Source of the DNA: Octopus sinensis
Lineage: Eukaryota
Direction of reading: 5' to 3'
Assembly (NCBI RefSeq): GCF_006345805.1
Contig: NC_043002.1
Location: 72,974,001 to 73,038,000, forward strand
Length of the DNA stretch: 64,000 nucleotides
Positions 62,183-64,000 of this stretch are shown one piece after another. A program made the position numbers and the translations under genes. How positions within the stretch are numbered: position 1 is the first letter of the stretch; each line of letters begins with the position of its first letter. The notes under the pieces were generated by a model, which saw nothing but the letters and a program-made list of their open reading frames with translations, ran no database searches and was not told the DNA's origin.

Positions 62183-62359
62183 CTGTTTAAATTTGAGAAA
62201 AATTTCAAGTAACTGCTAATGAAATCTGATGTTTTAATCAATGAATGATGTTGAATTTAAGTAGCTTAACTCACATCTTGAATTTCTTGAAACCATCCTA
62301 TTTCTACCCATCCACATGTTAGCTTTGCTTACTGACAACAAGCTGATGAGTTCTTCTTT

Positions 62360-62550
62360 TATTCTTTTAAATTTTTCAGTCATTTGATTGCGGTCATGCT
62401 GGAGCACCACCTTTAGTTGAACAAGTCGACCCCATGACTTATTCTTCGTACACCTAGTACTTATTCTATCGGTCTTTTGCCGAACCGCTAAGTTACAGGG
62501 ATGTAAACACATCAATATCAGTTGTCAAGCGATGGTGGGGGGAATAACAC

Positions 62551-62585
<35 letters not shown>

Positions 62586-62812
62586 GACACACACACACGC
62601 ACACACATAGACATACACACACACACACATAGACACACACACACACCCACATATATATATGACGGGCTTCTTTCAGTTTCTCTCTACCAAATCCACTCAC
62701 AAGGCTTTGGTCAGCCCGAGACTATAGTAGAAGACACTTGCCCAAGGTGCCATGCGGTGGGACTGAACCCAAAACCATGTGGTTGGGAAACAAGCTTCTT
62801 ACCACACCTGCA
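62360..62812 (-). mobile_element. SINE family A, full length
   Basis: Similarity to other copies. Confidence 0.92.
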
Positions 62813-63084
62813 CCTAATATTTATTAACATCTATTTTAACATTTATCTACCCTCCCATCCTTTCCATTTTTCTGTCCCTATTCTATCCCTCACATTCACC
62901 TTGTTCCTTGACCTCGCATCTCTCTCTCTCTTTCACAATGAGGAAGCCCTGCATTCAACCCTTCAGTAAAACACTTGTTCTTCTCCCTCTATCATACTCT
63001 CACATCCCTCATTAATATACCCCACACAATTGAGGTATGTTATCTTGTGAGTACTTCTCTTTTATCTTGTTTCAGTCATTAGAT

Positions 63085-63320
63085 GGCAACCATGCTGATC
63101 ACAAGATTGTAGTTTCAATTCCTGGTCTGGGTAGTGCATTTGTGTTCTTGAGCAAAACACTTCATTTTACACTGCTCCAGTCCACTCATCTGTAATTGAG
63201 TAATGCTGTTACAGACTAGTGCCCTGTTCAGTGGGGAATGATCATGATCTCTGTCGCTTATATGCCAAGGAAACTTGATAACTGGCCTTATGAGCTTTAG
63301 GACTCAAGACAGTAATGTCC
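63085..63320 (+). mobile_element. SINE family C variant (degenerate)
   Basis: Shared ttcaattcc...gagcaaaacacttcatt...ctccagtccactc core. Confidence 0.65.
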
Positions 63321-63899
63321 AGCATTGCGTGATGGTGATGGTGATGGTGATGATGATGATGATGATGATGATGATTACAAGGACTTAACTGGCATTTTAT
63401 TTTATTGATTCCCAAAAGGATGAAAGGCAAACTTGACCTTGGTGGGATTTGGACTCAGGATATTAAGGAGCTTGAACAAATATTGTTAGACATTTTTTGT
63501 TCCAATGTGCCAATAATAATATCACTTTAGCTGTATTATATAGAACCATCTATTGACAGAAATTTTCGCACTTGCATATACATGTGTGTGTGTGTGTGTG
63601 TGTGTGTGCATGTGTCAGTAATCTTGTGCTTAAGTATGTATACAAGAATGAGTCCATGTATGTGTGAGTATGTGATGCAGAATTGGATATTTCATGTCTC
63701 GATCTGTTTTCTAGTTACTTGTTAGTTTGTTTTTTTTTTAATGTGAAAGACTACATTAATAAGACATTAATATCAAAATCTATTTCTGCCAAATTTCCCT
63801 AATTGATTGACACTTTAGTAGTTTTGTGTAATTTCAATCTGATAATTGCTTGCCCAAGGACAATGTTGAAATTATTGTTATTATTAACATATTATTTTT

Positions 63900-64000
63900 A
63901 TTTATTACCTCTGCCTTAGTGAAAGGTGGAAGTATTGTTTTGTCATGTCTGTTTGTTTGTCCTTGGACAAGATATCTCAAGAACTGCTAGATGGATTTGG
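63900..64000 (+). mobile_element. Start of a DINE-1/HINE- or Crypton-type non-autonomous element, cut by window end
   Basis: ttattacctctgcc...aggtggaagtattgtttt followed by (GTTT/GTCT)n; identification from recall. Confidence 0.35.

Overview
Eukaryotic, AT-rich and very repeat-dense DNA. The tRNA-derived SINE families and very long (TA)n/(CA)n/(TATG)n tracts match what I recall of octopus (coleoid cephalopod) genomes; this species call is from memory, not a search. No complete or identifiable host protein-coding gene is present, and most ORFs in the track are microsatellite or SINE artefacts. The recognisable coding sequence is transposon debris: a mariner transposase N-terminus inside a long-TIR element, an uninterrupted CR1 ORF2 C-terminus, RTE fragments (at least one with a twin-priming-type 5' inversion), a Hero-like endonuclease fragment and R4/Dong-like 3' ends. 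There are also hAT, piggyBac-like and Tc2-like MITEs with target-site duplications, Penelope-type terminal fragments carrying minimal hammerhead-ribozyme motifs, and a 5S rRNA pseudogene fragment fused to a SINE tail. A few short segments have strong splice signals (best 22575-22634, +), so the window may be intronic, but the host gene and strand cannot be established from sequence alone.
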